DNA of 43,512 nucleotides. Origin: a virus. The stretch is from the IMG/VR virus record IMGVR_UViG_3300037474_000043. The stretch is one strand, 5' to 3'. Below, in pieces: positions 25,338 to 33,935 of this stretch. Under the pieces are notes generated by a model. That model saw only the letters and a list, made by a program, of their open reading frames with translations. It was not told where the DNA came from and did not search any database. How positions within the stretch are numbered: the stretch's first letter is position 1; every line of letters starts with the position of its first letter. The position numbers and the translations under genes are program-made.

Positions 25338-27517
25338 TGAACCGGCTCCGGTTTTGGTTCCGCTGCCTTGGCCTTGGCGGTGACAACCGCTGCCTCGGCT
25401 TGCTTGTCTATGCGCTGGATTTCAGCCATGATCTTCTGGATCTCGGCGTCCGTCTTCTTCAGGTCCGCCTGTGCCTGCTGCATGTCGACGGCGTGCTGCT
25501 CACGCTCTGCCTCGATCGTGGCCTGCATTTCCTGCATGCGCAGTTCGAATTCCTTGCCCTGTGCATCAGCCTTCATCTGAAGCTCAGCCTGCTTTGCCTC
25601 GGCGTCTGCCTTGGCCTTCTCCGCTTCCGGATTAGGCTGCGGCTGGCTCGCTACCTGCTTCATCTGCTCAACGAAGCCGTCAATCGCTGCTTCCAGTTGG
25701 CGCCCTGCTCTGAACGGAGCGACGGCGAACTTGATGACCTCACCTGCAAACTCTGCCGATTGGGGTTGTGCCTGCACCATCGGTCCAAGCTGGCCTAGCG
25801 CGCTGGAAAGAGCCGTCAGAAACTCTGTCGTCCTCTGCTTTGCAGCGTTCTCATCAGCCTGGATCGTTGAATCCGTCTCGATATCAAGCGCAAACGGGCG
25901 GATGCGCTCGGACTGCAAGAATTCCACGACCTGCTCAAACGTGACGGTCTGTGAAAGCTGCTGCTTCTGTTGTTCGGCCTGCTGCTTTTGCTGGCTGGCC
26001 TGCTCCAGCATCTGCTGCGCCATCTCAGGGTTTTGCTGCGCCTGCTGGATCATCTGCGGGTCTTGCGCCGCACGCCTGATCTGCGCCTCGACCTGCATAA
26101 CCTGCTGATCAATCTGCATGATCTGCTGCTGGATTTCAGCCTGGGACGGCGCGGCCTGATACTGCGAATAAAGCGCCAGGGACTCGGGCGAGAAATTCTC
26201 CGCCATGATCTCACCGGCAATCCGGGCCGCGTCACGGGCGATACGGATAAGTTCTTCCTGCCTGTCCCTGATGCGAACCGAACCATACTGGCTCTTGAGT
26301 TCCTGCGCCCCGAGCGTCTCGTTTGGGTCCGTCGATCCGCGCATAATGTCCGACAGGCCCGTGATCTGGTAAACATCCTCGATCATCAACCGGCGAAGTT
26401 CGACAAGCTCCTTAATGACAGCAGCCACCTGATCGATCGGCAGCCAGACAATCGCGTCCTTGAGCGTCTTGTCACCGAACATGGCGACATTCGGCACCGG
26501 AATGAGGATTGCGTTGTTGTCCATCTTCTTGATGGCCGCTTCAATCGCGGAGCCGACATCCTCATTGCCGGCGGAATAGAAGCCCTTGAGCCGAAGCGCT
26601 TCGGCAAGAGCCGAAATGCGGGCCGTGAACTCGTTGATTTCCTCGATCTGGTCCTTGTAATAGGCAAAGTCCGGGACCGGGATAAGCGTATCACGCTGCA
26701 GCGTGCCATAAGCAGGACGCGGGCACGGAAAGAACTTCTCCAGCGAGAGGAATGGCGGCTTGATGTCAAGCACATCGTCCGGGCCATCCGTAAACCACAC
26801 GACGAGGTTCTCAGCCTTGGACCAGATCTCGTACACACACGCCGTCTTTTCCTTGGCGTAGCTGTCGCTGTCTTCCTTCTTGCGCTCGGTGAACTTGACC
26901 TTGCTCAGATCGGCTTTCGGAAAGCGCTTGGTGAACCGCTTCTGTGTGAGATAGACCTTGCGGCCGGCCCACGGAACTTCCTTCCATTTGCGACCCGGGC
27001 CATGGATGAAATCACGACGGCACAAATGGTCATAGCAGACTCGCTGGTTAGAGCCGTCCTCGCCTTCCTCGAAGCGGACCCAGAGCTGGCCGCGAGAGTT
27101 GGTGGCCAGATCATCACGGACACCCTTCAGCGTCTCGTGAATGTCCTCCTGATCGAAGGAAGAGACAAGCGACCGCTCCAGGATCTCGGATGCGTGCCTG
27201 AGCAGCTCCTTGTCCTTCGGCTGGTTCTTGAACCGGGCCTGCACGACGGGGACAGGCTGCCTTGCATAGATCGACGGCTTGAGGACTTCGAGATTGGCCC
27301 AGAAGAGCTGCATCTCGCGTTCGGAATTGACCTTGGACAGCCTTTCGAGATCGGCATACATCTTGTCGATGCTGTCGGACTTTTCCTGCCAGGTCTGGAA
27401 TGTCTTCTCAGCTTCAGCAACAGCATCAAGCCACGGCTTGGCTGCGCGGAAGTCCTTGTACTCGTCTTCCTTCTGTGCCGTGTCTGTCGCCATCCCCTTG
27501 TTGTCGGGCTCAGCCAT
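25334..27517 (-). CDS. portal protein with a long Gln/Ala/Glu-rich C-terminal coiled coil
   Basis: Size, position after terL, conserved-looking N-terminal two thirds. Start 27517 (TGATG overlap) or 27529/27493. Confidence 0.85.
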   Translation of the reverse strand: MAEPDNKGMATDTAQKEDEYKDFRAAKPWLDAVAEAEKTFQTWQEKSDSIDKMYADLERLSKVNSEREMQLFWANLEVLKPSIYARQPVPVVQARFKNQPKDKELLRHASEILERSLVSSFDQEDIHETLKGVRDDLATNSRGQLWVRFEEGEDGSNQRVCYDHLCRRDFIHGPGRKWKEVPWAGRKVYLTQKRFTKRFPKADLSKVKFTERKKEDSDSYAKEKTACVYEIWSKAENLVVWFTDGPDDVLDIKPPFLSLEKFFPCPRPAYGTLQRDTLIPVPDFAYYKDQIEEINEFTARISALAEALRLKGFYSAGNEDVGSAIEAAIKKMDNNAILIPVPNVAMFGDKTLKDAIVWLPIDQVAAVIKELVELRRLMIEDVYQITGLSDIMRGSTDPNETLGAQELKSQYGSVRIRDRQEELIRIARDAARIAGEIMAENFSPESLALYSQYQAAPSQAEIQQQIMQIDQQVMQVEAQIRRAAQDPQMIQQAQQNPEMAQQMLEQASQQKQQAEQQKQQLSQTVTFEQVVEFLQSERIRPFALDIETDSTIQADENAAKQRTTEFLTALSSALGQLGPMVQAQPQSAEFAGEVIKFAVAPFRAGRQLEAAIDGFVEQMKQVASQPQPNPEAEKAKADAEAKQAELQMKADAQGKEFELRMQEMQATIEAEREQHAVDMQQAQADLKKTDAEIQKIMAEIQRIDKQAEAAVVTAKAKAAEPKPEPVQ

Positions 27518-27834
27518 CAGAATGCGCAAACCTTGTCATATCTGGCGAGCGTTTGCGCCGGCAATGCTAGGTGGTGCGTTGCCAGATATTCCATGATATT
27601 CGAAATCGTGTTCTTTCCGATGTTCGGCAGGCGCTTGAGGGTCTCCGCCGTAACTGTTTGATTCCCAGTCTTGACGGCATCGATCAGGAATTCGCCTGCA
27701 ACCTTACGGCACTCAGCCATCCATTCGTCCGTTGCTTTTTTTGATTTGGCGCGGAGCTTCGGTCGCCTCTCCACTGGCACTAATTCCTTCAGCGTGACAT
27801 TCACCGCCCTAAGGCTCAGCATGATTTCGCTCAT
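27517..27834 (-). CDS. hypothetical protein (105 aa) between terminase and portal
   Basis: ATGA overlap with the terL stop. Confidence 0.55.
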   Translation of the reverse strand: MSEIMLSLRAVNVTLKELVPVERRPKLRAKSKKATDEWMAECRKVAGEFLIDAVKTGNQTVTAETLKRLPNIGKNTISNIMEYLATHHLALPAQTLARYDKVCAF

Positions 27835-29195
27835 ATCTTGATCCTCGTCTTGCTGGGCTGCTCTGGAGCGCCGAGAAGATAGACAGTGCCGATCGGCTGA
27901 GGCTTGGGCTGTTCGATTTCAACCGCTTGAGCATTGCGCCAGCCCATGGCCAGATAGCGGAAGGCGTCCGCAAGGTGCGATGTCCAGTCGTGCACTTCAG
28001 TCGGTTTGAACGTCTTACGCTCGTCATCCCATTCGCGGCGGTATTGCTCCAGAGCGGCTATGCCGACATCTTCACAACGCGGGTGAAAGATGCAGAGCGG
28101 CAGTGTGCGCCTGACTGCGTTGATGCCGTCCATCTTGGAGGCCATGGAGACGAGCTGCGGGTTGAGCTTGTATTGCCGCATTGTCTCGACGCGGGTGCGG
28201 CCCGTGCCCCACTCCATGACCTTGGCATCGTGAGGCACGAAGTCTATGCCGCGCTTGTATGGCTTCGAGTGAACGATATCCGCGTAATGATCGATGCCCG
28301 CGCTGTTGGCCGTGTAGCAATCGAGGATGTAGATCTTTCCGCCGTAGACCTGAAACCACCAGATCGAGGTGTCGTCTCTAACGCCCAAGTCCCATGCCGT
28401 ATGGACCGGATAACGTGGATTGGCGACGATGTCCTTGATGCGCCCTTCATTGCGGACAGCGACCATTTCCCGGGCATAGAAGGCGCCGAGAATGGCAGCA
28501 TTGAACGAGCAAAGATATTCCTGCTCAAACTGAGCCCTGCCGATGTCCTCGCCATAGAGGGCGATATACTCAGCCAAGCTTTCGTCCAATTGATCCTGCG
28601 TCAGGGCGCCAGTGTCATAGATGCTCGACACTTCGGCAAACCATCGCGGATTGCCCTTGGCCATATCGTACATGGCCTTGGCATGGTTACGGCCGCGCGG
28701 TGTGGTGATGAACGTGGCCCAGCCATCGTTCTCTTCCATCATCGGCCGGATGTAGCCCCATGATGATGGGTTGCACAGCGCCCACTCAGAGAACACGACA
28801 CCGGCAACACCAGCGCCGACGAGGCTGTTATACCGGTCCGAGCCGATCACCTGCCATGTCGAGCCGTTCTTGAAGCGGATGAACATCTGCTGCTCATCCT
28901 TGCTCTCTCGCAGTTCATGCGGGAAAGCCTCATCGATCCTTCGCTTGCCTGTGTGCGGATTGACCGCGTTCCAGATAGCCTTACGGGCCTGCTCATATTC
29001 GGGGAGACAGTGCCAGTAGGTTGCAACCCGCTTGTGGGCCTCGATCGCTGTGTGATGCAGGATAACGTCATCCTTGCCCCAGCGGCGATGGGCAATCTCG
29101 ATTGCGCGCTTGACGCCCTTGTTCTGTATCGCATCCCATAGCTTGAACTGGTAGCGGCGAGGCTGCCAATTGTTGGGCAGTTCAATTGTCGGCAA
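27831..29195 (-). CDS. terL: terminase large subunit
   Basis: IAHRRWGKDDV (Walker A-like), VVFSEW (Walker B-like) and a C-terminal nuclease-type region. Start is TTG or uncertain. Confidence 0.9.
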   Translation of the reverse strand: MPTIELPNNWQPRRYQFKLWDAIQNKGVKRAIEIAHRRWGKDDVILHHTAIEAHKRVATYWHCLPEYEQARKAIWNAVNPHTGKRRIDEAFPHELRESKDEQQMFIRFKNGSTWQVIGSDRYNSLVGAGVAGVVFSEWALCNPSSWGYIRPMMEENDGWATFITTPRGRNHAKAMYDMAKGNPRWFAEVSSIYDTGALTQDQLDESLAEYIALYGEDIGRAQFEQEYLCSFNAAILGAFYAREMVAVRNEGRIKDIVANPRYPVHTAWDLGVRDDTSIWWFQVYGGKIYILDCYTANSAGIDHYADIVHSKPYKRGIDFVPHDAKVMEWGTGRTRVETMRQYKLNPQLVSMASKMDGINAVRRTLPLCIFHPRCEDVGIAALEQYRREWDDERKTFKPTEVHDWTSHLADAFRYLAMGWRNAQAVEIEQPKPQPIGTVYLLGAPEQPSKTRIKI

Positions 29196-29454
29196 GAGTG
29201 AATTGCTTTAGAACGATCTGAACAGCTCCGCCATCTTCGCCAGTGACCTGCATTGGCAGCACTTTGCCTAGCAGGCTGAGGAACGGACCTGGATTGGCAC
29301 GAGCTTGCGCTGTGAGATACGTGACGAGGTTTCCGTCGCCTGCATCTGTCGCCGCCTGTAGGATCGCATCCTTGAGCAGCGCTGTGGTTTTATTGGGAGA
29401 ACCCTTTGGGCGACCCTTGCCCGCGTTACCCCTATTTTCGCCTTGTTTAGACAT
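29182..29454 (-). CDS. putative terminase small subunit
   Basis: GNAGKGRPKGSPNK motif. First gene after the leader, directly upstream of terL. AGGAGGAAGC Shine-Dalgarno. Confidence 0.55.
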   Translation of the reverse strand: MSKQGENRGNAGKGRPKGSPNKTTALLKDAILQAATDAGDGNLVTYLTAQARANPGPFLSLLGKVLPMQVTGEDGGAVQIVLKQFTLADN

Positions 29455-29530
29455 GCTTCCTCCTGCCGGTCTGAGCGGTCAGTGGTTCAGGCTATGCCGA
29501 TGCAGCACAGCCATTGCCTTCTCCTGGAAT

Positions 29531-29560
29531 GAGAAAAGCCCATGCGGTTAAGCACGGGCT
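29531..29560 (-). terminator. intrinsic terminator upstream of the late operon
   Basis: Minus strand reads AGCCCGTGC-ttaacc-GCATGGGCT followed by TTTTCTCATT. Confidence 0.6.
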
Positions 29561-30051
29561 GGGAATGAGACAGGACGGCACGACTGGGCACATCCCCCGG
29601 TCTACTCGACATTTGCGCCGCCGTCCTGAACTAATTGGCTGGCGCGATGGGCTTGTACTTCGCCGTCCCGCGCCTGAAGTCCTGCATATTCGCCTACGGG
29701 ACTGGAACCCTCTAGGGTCACATCTAGGCTTCGCACCGGGCCACGCCCGATTGAGGCTTTCGAGTGTTCGGCTACTTGCGATCAATCCTCATTGCCAAAC
29801 TGACAATATTTTCCAAGGCTCGCTACATGGCTAGCCTGAGCACAGGCCGGGACGTGTCCTCTGTCGCCTGCAAATCGATTGGTGGAACCTTATATCGTTC
29901 CGGAGGCGAAATCAATATCTGTGTTGCGCTTGATGACGCTTCGATGTATAGTTCTTTCATCGTGTGATACGCCAATTAATGCAGCGCATGGTGATGGCCT
30001 GATCAGCCTAGGCGGGGATGCAATTTCCCTTCTCATAACCAAGTGCCTAAA

Positions 30052-30076
30052 TCCGGTTCGAGTCCGGGTCGCTGCT
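30052..30076 (+). other. tRNA-like T-arm plus acceptor-strand fragment
   Basis: TCCGG-TTCGAGT-CCGGG then TCGCTGC. A partially complementary GCAGCGC lies at 29981. No valid cloverleaf. Confidence 0.3.
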
Positions 30077-30093
30077 ATTAACATTTCATGCCG

Positions 30094-30300
30094 CTACGTA
30101 TTCTCATCCTTGTCAGCAATGAGTGCTGATGTCGCTTCCCCCAGCTTTGCGATGAGCCAATTGTATTGCTCGCGCGTTTCTATGTAGTCGTGGCGCCAGA
30201 CGAAGACCCGGCCTTGGCCGTCTATCGTAACCGTACAGATATCGATATCGTCCATTGGCTCCTTGTCATCAGGCTTCTTAGGAAACTGGACAACCGTCAC
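30094..30300 (-). CDS. hypothetical protein (68 aa)
   Basis: ATGA overlap. Last gene of the early-left operon. Confidence 0.6.
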   Translation of the reverse strand: MTVVQFPKKPDDKEPMDDIDICTVTIDGQGRVFVWRHDYIETREQYNWLIAKLGEATSALIADKDENT

Positions 30301-30947
30301 GCCGCCTGCCCTCCATCGAATATCTCTGAATTGATCGGAACCGTCATAGTCCCCGCCATGTCCAGCGCGCCTATCAGCTTCTTGAGCCGGGGATCGTTCT
30401 TGGCCTGCTTTCTGAGCTTGGCGCGGGCGTTCTTGCTCTGGATATCAAACTTGGCATCGTACTCAGCTTCGACGGCACGGATGGCGTGGATCTGCTGCCA
30501 TGAGATCGGCAACGCGAGACCGTCAGGTTGCCTCACGACGCTGTCAACACCATATACGCTTTCGAGGATGCTCCAATTATGCGGCTCCCAGACAAAGACG
30601 TAGCCGACCATGAGGGCAAAGCGGCGGATCTTGTAAAGGTTCGTATGGCGCCGATCGCGTGACAGCCGCTTTTCGGCCGGCATGTAGTAGAAGAATCCCT
30701 TCTCCTCCAAAGCGCGCTCGATAGCGGACAGGTCATACTTGATGCTCGGGATGAGGCGATACCCTTTCCCGCGCGGCTTGCCATCCTTGCCGAGTGATGT
30801 AGGCTCTGTCACCATCTCGCGGCGCGGGAGCTGTGAGCCTGGCACAGTACGTAGAGCAAACCATGAGCCGCCTTCCGCCTTCATCCGAGCAAGGCGCCTG
30901 GCTGCGATCACCTCGGCGAAATCCCGATCGTCCTTGACTGTCAGCAT
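30297..30947 (-). CDS. NusG/RfaH-like (NGN-domain) transcription antitermination factor candidate
   Basis: WFALRTVPGSQ...LEEKGFFYYMP...RFALMVGYVFVWEPHNWSILESVYGVDSVV...PISWQQIHAIR follows the NGN pattern. ATG 30947 has GGGGGA upstream. Confidence 0.6.
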   Translation of the reverse strand: MLTVKDDRDFAEVIAARRLARMKAEGGSWFALRTVPGSQLPRREMVTEPTSLGKDGKPRGKGYRLIPSIKYDLSAIERALEEKGFFYYMPAEKRLSRDRRHTNLYKIRRFALMVGYVFVWEPHNWSILESVYGVDSVVRQPDGLALPISWQQIHAIRAVEAEYDAKFDIQSKNARAKLRKQAKNDPRLKKLIGALDMAGTMTVPINSEIFDGGQAA

Positions 30948-31447
30948 GTATTCCCCCGCGCCGGTCCTCGTTCTTGTGAAATCTTCCGAACTGCATGCAA
31001 ACACGTCGTATGATCGCGACCGCCGAAAAATCGCCCTATCTGTGGATAAGACATATCCGGGCGCTGTTTGCAGACCTCGTACATGGCGATCTGCCTGGGG
31101 CGAACAAGCCGAACTTGACGCCTCGGGCCTTTGATCTCATCGATAGTAACGCCGGGGAAATCCGCTAAGACTTCCATGATGATCGCATTGGCATCAGGGC
31201 GCTCGCTACGTGGCACATATTCGCGGCCGGTTTCCTCAGCCAGTTGCCACCGACGAAACGCGATGATGTGTTCGTTGTACTGGCGGACCCAGACAAGCTT
31301 TGGAGCCGGATGTTTTGGCTTTGTATCGATGACGACAGGAGGCGCGATCTTATTGACCGGCGGTTCTCTCCTGCCGGCGCCGAAGATGCGCATGATTGCT
31401 GCCTTATGCGCTTGGTGCTGACGCAATACCTCAGCATTGCCTGTCAT
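30941..31447 (-). CDS. DnaA domain-IV-like helix-turn-helix protein
   Basis: LVRPRQIAMYEV...YPQIGRFFGGRDHTTCLHAVRKI closely follows the DnaA C-terminal DNA-binding motif. Confidence 0.8.
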   Translation of the reverse strand: MTGNAEVLRQHQAHKAAIMRIFGAGRREPPVNKIAPPVVIDTKPKHPAPKLVWVRQYNEHIIAFRRWQLAEETGREYVPRSERPDANAIIMEVLADFPGVTIDEIKGPRRQVRLVRPRQIAMYEVCKQRPDMSYPQIGRFFGGRDHTTCLHAVRKISQERGPARGNTC

Positions 31448-31644
31448 TCGCTTCCCGTCCTTCTATCTGGCTCTATTGCTGATCCCGGAGGGCCGTAAGC
31501 CTCTCCGAGAGTGCCGTACCATTTCGATTTCTCTGGCCATTTGCCGTGAAGCCACTGCTCGCGCGTGATGTTCAGCGGCGCTCTGGCTTCGCGCCTTATT
31601 TCTCGCTCTTGCTGTATCCTGATGCGATCGACGAGAAGGGTCAT
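31444..31644 (-). CDS. hypothetical protein (66 aa)
   Basis: ATG 31644 in an ATGA overlap with the upstream stop. Confidence 0.5.
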   Translation of the reverse strand: MTLLVDRIRIQQEREIRREARAPLNITREQWLHGKWPEKSKWYGTLGEAYGPPGSAIEPDRRTGSE

Positions 31645-31877
31645 GAGCGCCCTTTCATCACAAAGCGCTTGAGAGAAGCCATCCGCCGATCTACCTCTTC
31701 CGCTACATCTGATATGCGCCCGGTATTCCGCCTGTTCCATTCGTCACTTGCATATTCTGCGCCGTCGAAATAGTTTCTAGTGGACCACCCGCAGGCATCG
31801 CATTCGTATCTATCGTCCATGTAGACAGTGCAGTATTTGGCTTTGCCGCCGCATTTGCAGGGTACTAGCGTGGCCAT
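31641..31877 (-). CDS. Lar-family-like zinc-ribbon protein (second copy of the type)
   Basis: PCKCGG...YECDACGWST...ASDEWNRR. GGAGGG Shine-Dalgarno. Confidence 0.65.
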   Translation of the reverse strand: MATLVPCKCGGKAKYCTVYMDDRYECDACGWSTRNYFDGAEYASDEWNRRNTGRISDVAEEVDRRMASLKRFVMKGRS

Positions 31878-31947
31878 CTCACGCCCTCCATAAGAATGGC
31901 TCTGCGCTCTTGTCTTGCTTTGTCGAGGTGACGTTGGGTCCAGTTGA

Positions 31948-32145
31948 TCACTTGGTGCACTCTTCCATCCAGGAAACGAGACGCCTCAATGGCTCCTTCT
32001 TCTGCCCCTCGATGACGAAAGGTTTAGAAAAAAAGCCCCGACCGACCCAAAGCGATATCTCGGCCCCCTCCAAATTGAGCATGTCTACGGCATTGCGCAG
32101 TTGGTGCACGAAGAGAGAGCCAACCTCGCCAGATACCTTTGCCAT
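31948..32145 (-). CDS. hypothetical protein (65 aa)
   Basis: ATG 32145 lies 2 nt after the upstream stop. Confidence 0.5.
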   Translation of the reverse strand: MAKVSGEVGSLFVHQLRNAVDMLNLEGAEISLWVGRGFFSKPFVIEGQKKEPLRRLVSWMEECTK

Positions 32146-32146
32146 C

Positions 32147-32581
32147 TCACACCCCCACTCGCATTGAAGCAGCAGCGGCACGAACGCGTCTCTGAGCTTC
32201 GGCTACCGCTTCAGAGCGGCGTTGTTTTTCCTCTTCGGTGAGGACAATTGGCTTGACGTAATCTTCAGAATTGGCTGGGCGGCTCACCAGCTTGTATGCT
32301 GGCACCTTGGCCTGCTGGGGTTCCCATTCGTCATCCCAGCACTCTTGGTATAGCCATGTGGCTGGGTGCTTGTAGTCGACGCGCTCAGGCTTGTTGGCAA
32401 CGTATTTTGTGATCGCGTTGAGCATCGTTTCGAGCGATGTCTTTTTGATCGCATCCTTGAATTTCTCACGGGCCTTTCCTTTGCCAACGCGGCGAGGGTA
32501 ACATCTCCAGAAAGTCTCGAATTTATCGATCAATCCCCGCTTCAAAAGTTCGGTAGGATCTTCCCCGAAAAGGTCTGTCAT
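32147..32581 (-). CDS. conserved phage protein (FWxxYPRRVGKGKA motif), function unknown
   Basis: Motif recognised from many prophages. ATGA overlap. Confidence 0.6.
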   Translation of the reverse strand: MTDLFGEDPTELLKRGLIDKFETFWRCYPRRVGKGKAREKFKDAIKKTSLETMLNAITKYVANKPERVDYKHPATWLYQECWDDEWEPQQAKVPAYKLVSRPANSEDYVKPIVLTEEEKQRRSEAVAEAQRRVRAAAASMRVGV

Positions 32582-32931
32582 GCGGCTATCGCCTCCTCAG
32601 CAGGTTGAACGAGCACCACGCATTCAGCAGGCAGGTTCTCGTCCCAATGCATGGACAAGCGCTCACAAAGGTTGTCGTTCTTGATCACTCCGTAGTGCTG
32701 GAGTGCGTCAAGGACGGCTTTCGAGCGATTGTCGATGTCTTGGCGTATGTTCTGGCGGCGCAGGGCTATGCTGATTGAGAATGGAACCGCGATTGGTGCT
32801 GCCGGACGCTTGATGAAATAGCCAACGTCATTGCGCCACTTCTTGTACGTAGGTGACAGGCGACGGGTCTTCGCCCATCCTTCGTATAAGTCCCAGCCGC
32901 TGGGCGGGTATGGAAGCTCAAAGCGGATCAC
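32578..32931 (-). CDS. rusA: RusA-family Holliday junction resolvase
   Basis: ELPYPPS..., DIDNRSKAVLDALQHYGVIKNDN. Confidence 0.85.
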   Translation of the reverse strand: MIRFELPYPPSGWDLYEGWAKTRRLSPTYKKWRNDVGYFIKRPAAPIAVPFSISIALRRQNIRQDIDNRSKAVLDALQHYGVIKNDNLCERLSMHWDENLPAECVVLVQPAEEAIAA

Positions 32932-33935
32932 TCGGCAGCCTCCGCGAACAGAGGAGCGTCATTGCGGATACGCCGATCAGCCATGGTGGCATATTCTGGA
33001 TTGAGTTCGATCAGGATGGCGCTACGCTGAAGGCGATCGGCAACGAGGCCAGTTGTCCCCGCCCCGCCAAATGGATCAAGGACCGTCCCGCCAACCGGAC
33101 AACCTGCCTTTACACAAGGCTCAATGAGCGCCGGCGGAAAGGTAGCGAAATGCGCTTCCGAGAATGGCTGCGTTGCCACACTCCAGACAGATCGCTTGTT
33201 GCGCATGCCAGAGCACTGTTCTGTCTTCTCCATCGCATCCCAGCGGTCGTTGAAGCCGGCATGCCGGCGTCCATGGCCTCGCTGCTTATCTGCTCTAGGC
33301 CTAATCCCAGAAATCATTTCGTCTGGAGCACGCTTATGATCGACGTGGGCCCTGGCCTTCCGATCGTCATCGGGATAGGTGGCAGGCTCTTTGATCGCTT
33401 CAATATCGTAATAGTACGACTTCGACTTTGAGAGCATGAAAATGTATTCGTGTGCTTTGGTACAGCGATCCTGTACGCTCTCCGGCATGGGGTTCGGCTT
33501 GGACCAGATGATATCCTGCCGCAGATACCAGCCATCCGCTTGGAGCGCGAAGGCAACGCGCCACGGAATGCCGATTAGGTCTTTTGGCTTTAGTCCTGCG
33601 ACGTTTCGAGAAGGTGCGCCGGGGCTGCCGGCGTTGGACTGCTGCTTGGAGCCAGCCTTGTCCGTAACCTTTCTTTGCCCCGGTTGGGCATTGTAGCTGT
33701 CCCCAAGATTGAGCCAAAGCGTTCCATCATCACGCAGGACGCGCTTCACCTCCCTGAAAACCTCAACCATCGCGGCAACGAATTCGTCTGGCGTCGGCTC
33801 AAGGCCGATTTGACCGGCATGCCCATAATCACGCAGCCCGAAGTAAGGCGGAGACGTGACGCAGCAATGGACGCTCTGGTCAGGCAGTGTCCGAAGCGCT
33901 TCTCTGCAATCTGCATTGATGATCTTGATTGTCAT
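32928..33935 (-). CDS. DNA methyltransferase, N6_N4 (beta-class) family, no partner nuclease
   Basis: Motif IV TSPPY near the N-terminus and motif I VLDPFGGAGTTG near the C-terminus. Confidence 0.9.
   Translation of the reverse strand: MTIKIINADCREALRTLPDQSVHCCVTSPPYFGLRDYGHAGQIGLEPTPDEFVAAMVEVFREVKRVLRDDGTLWLNLGDSYNAQPGQRKVTDKAGSKQQSNAGSPGAPSRNVAGLKPKDLIGIPWRVAFALQADGWYLRQDIIWSKPNPMPESVQDRCTKAHEYIFMLSKSKSYYYDIEAIKEPATYPDDDRKARAHVDHKRAPDEMISGIRPRADKQRGHGRRHAGFNDRWDAMEKTEQCSGMRNKRSVWSVATQPFSEAHFATFPPALIEPCVKAGCPVGGTVLDPFGGAGTTGLVADRLQRSAILIELNPEYATMADRRIRNDAPLFAEAAE

Noticed and set aside
25970-27661. 563-aa plus-strand ORF antisense to the portal gene. Similar long antisense ORFs lie at 20191-21330, 22396-23502, 23748-24473, 27927-28763, 18905-19756, 12140-12877 and 36311-37396.
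   Set aside because: Each lies opposite a recognisable or tightly coupled minus-strand gene. Their products are Arg/Leu/Gly-rich with no motifs. Long stop-free antisense frames are expected in GC-rich DNA.
29492-29834. ORFs of 97 aa (minus) and 106 aa (plus) inside the late leader.
   Set aside because: Arg/Pro/Ser-rich low-quality translations, no Shine-Dalgarno, mutually overlapping. The region contains a clear terminator and nested stems instead.
29981-30076. A complete (possibly class II or Sec-like, 96-nt) tRNA gene.
   Set aside because: Only the T-arm and a 6/7 acceptor pairing are present. There is no D-arm and no anticodon stem compatible with a U33-containing loop. Kept only as a tRNA-like fragment.
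31042-31050. A perfect DnaA box (TGTGGATAA) inside the DnaA-domain-IV gene.
   Set aside because: A single 9-mer is roughly what chance allows in 87 kb of two-strand sequence. No cluster of boxes was found, so it is not called an origin.
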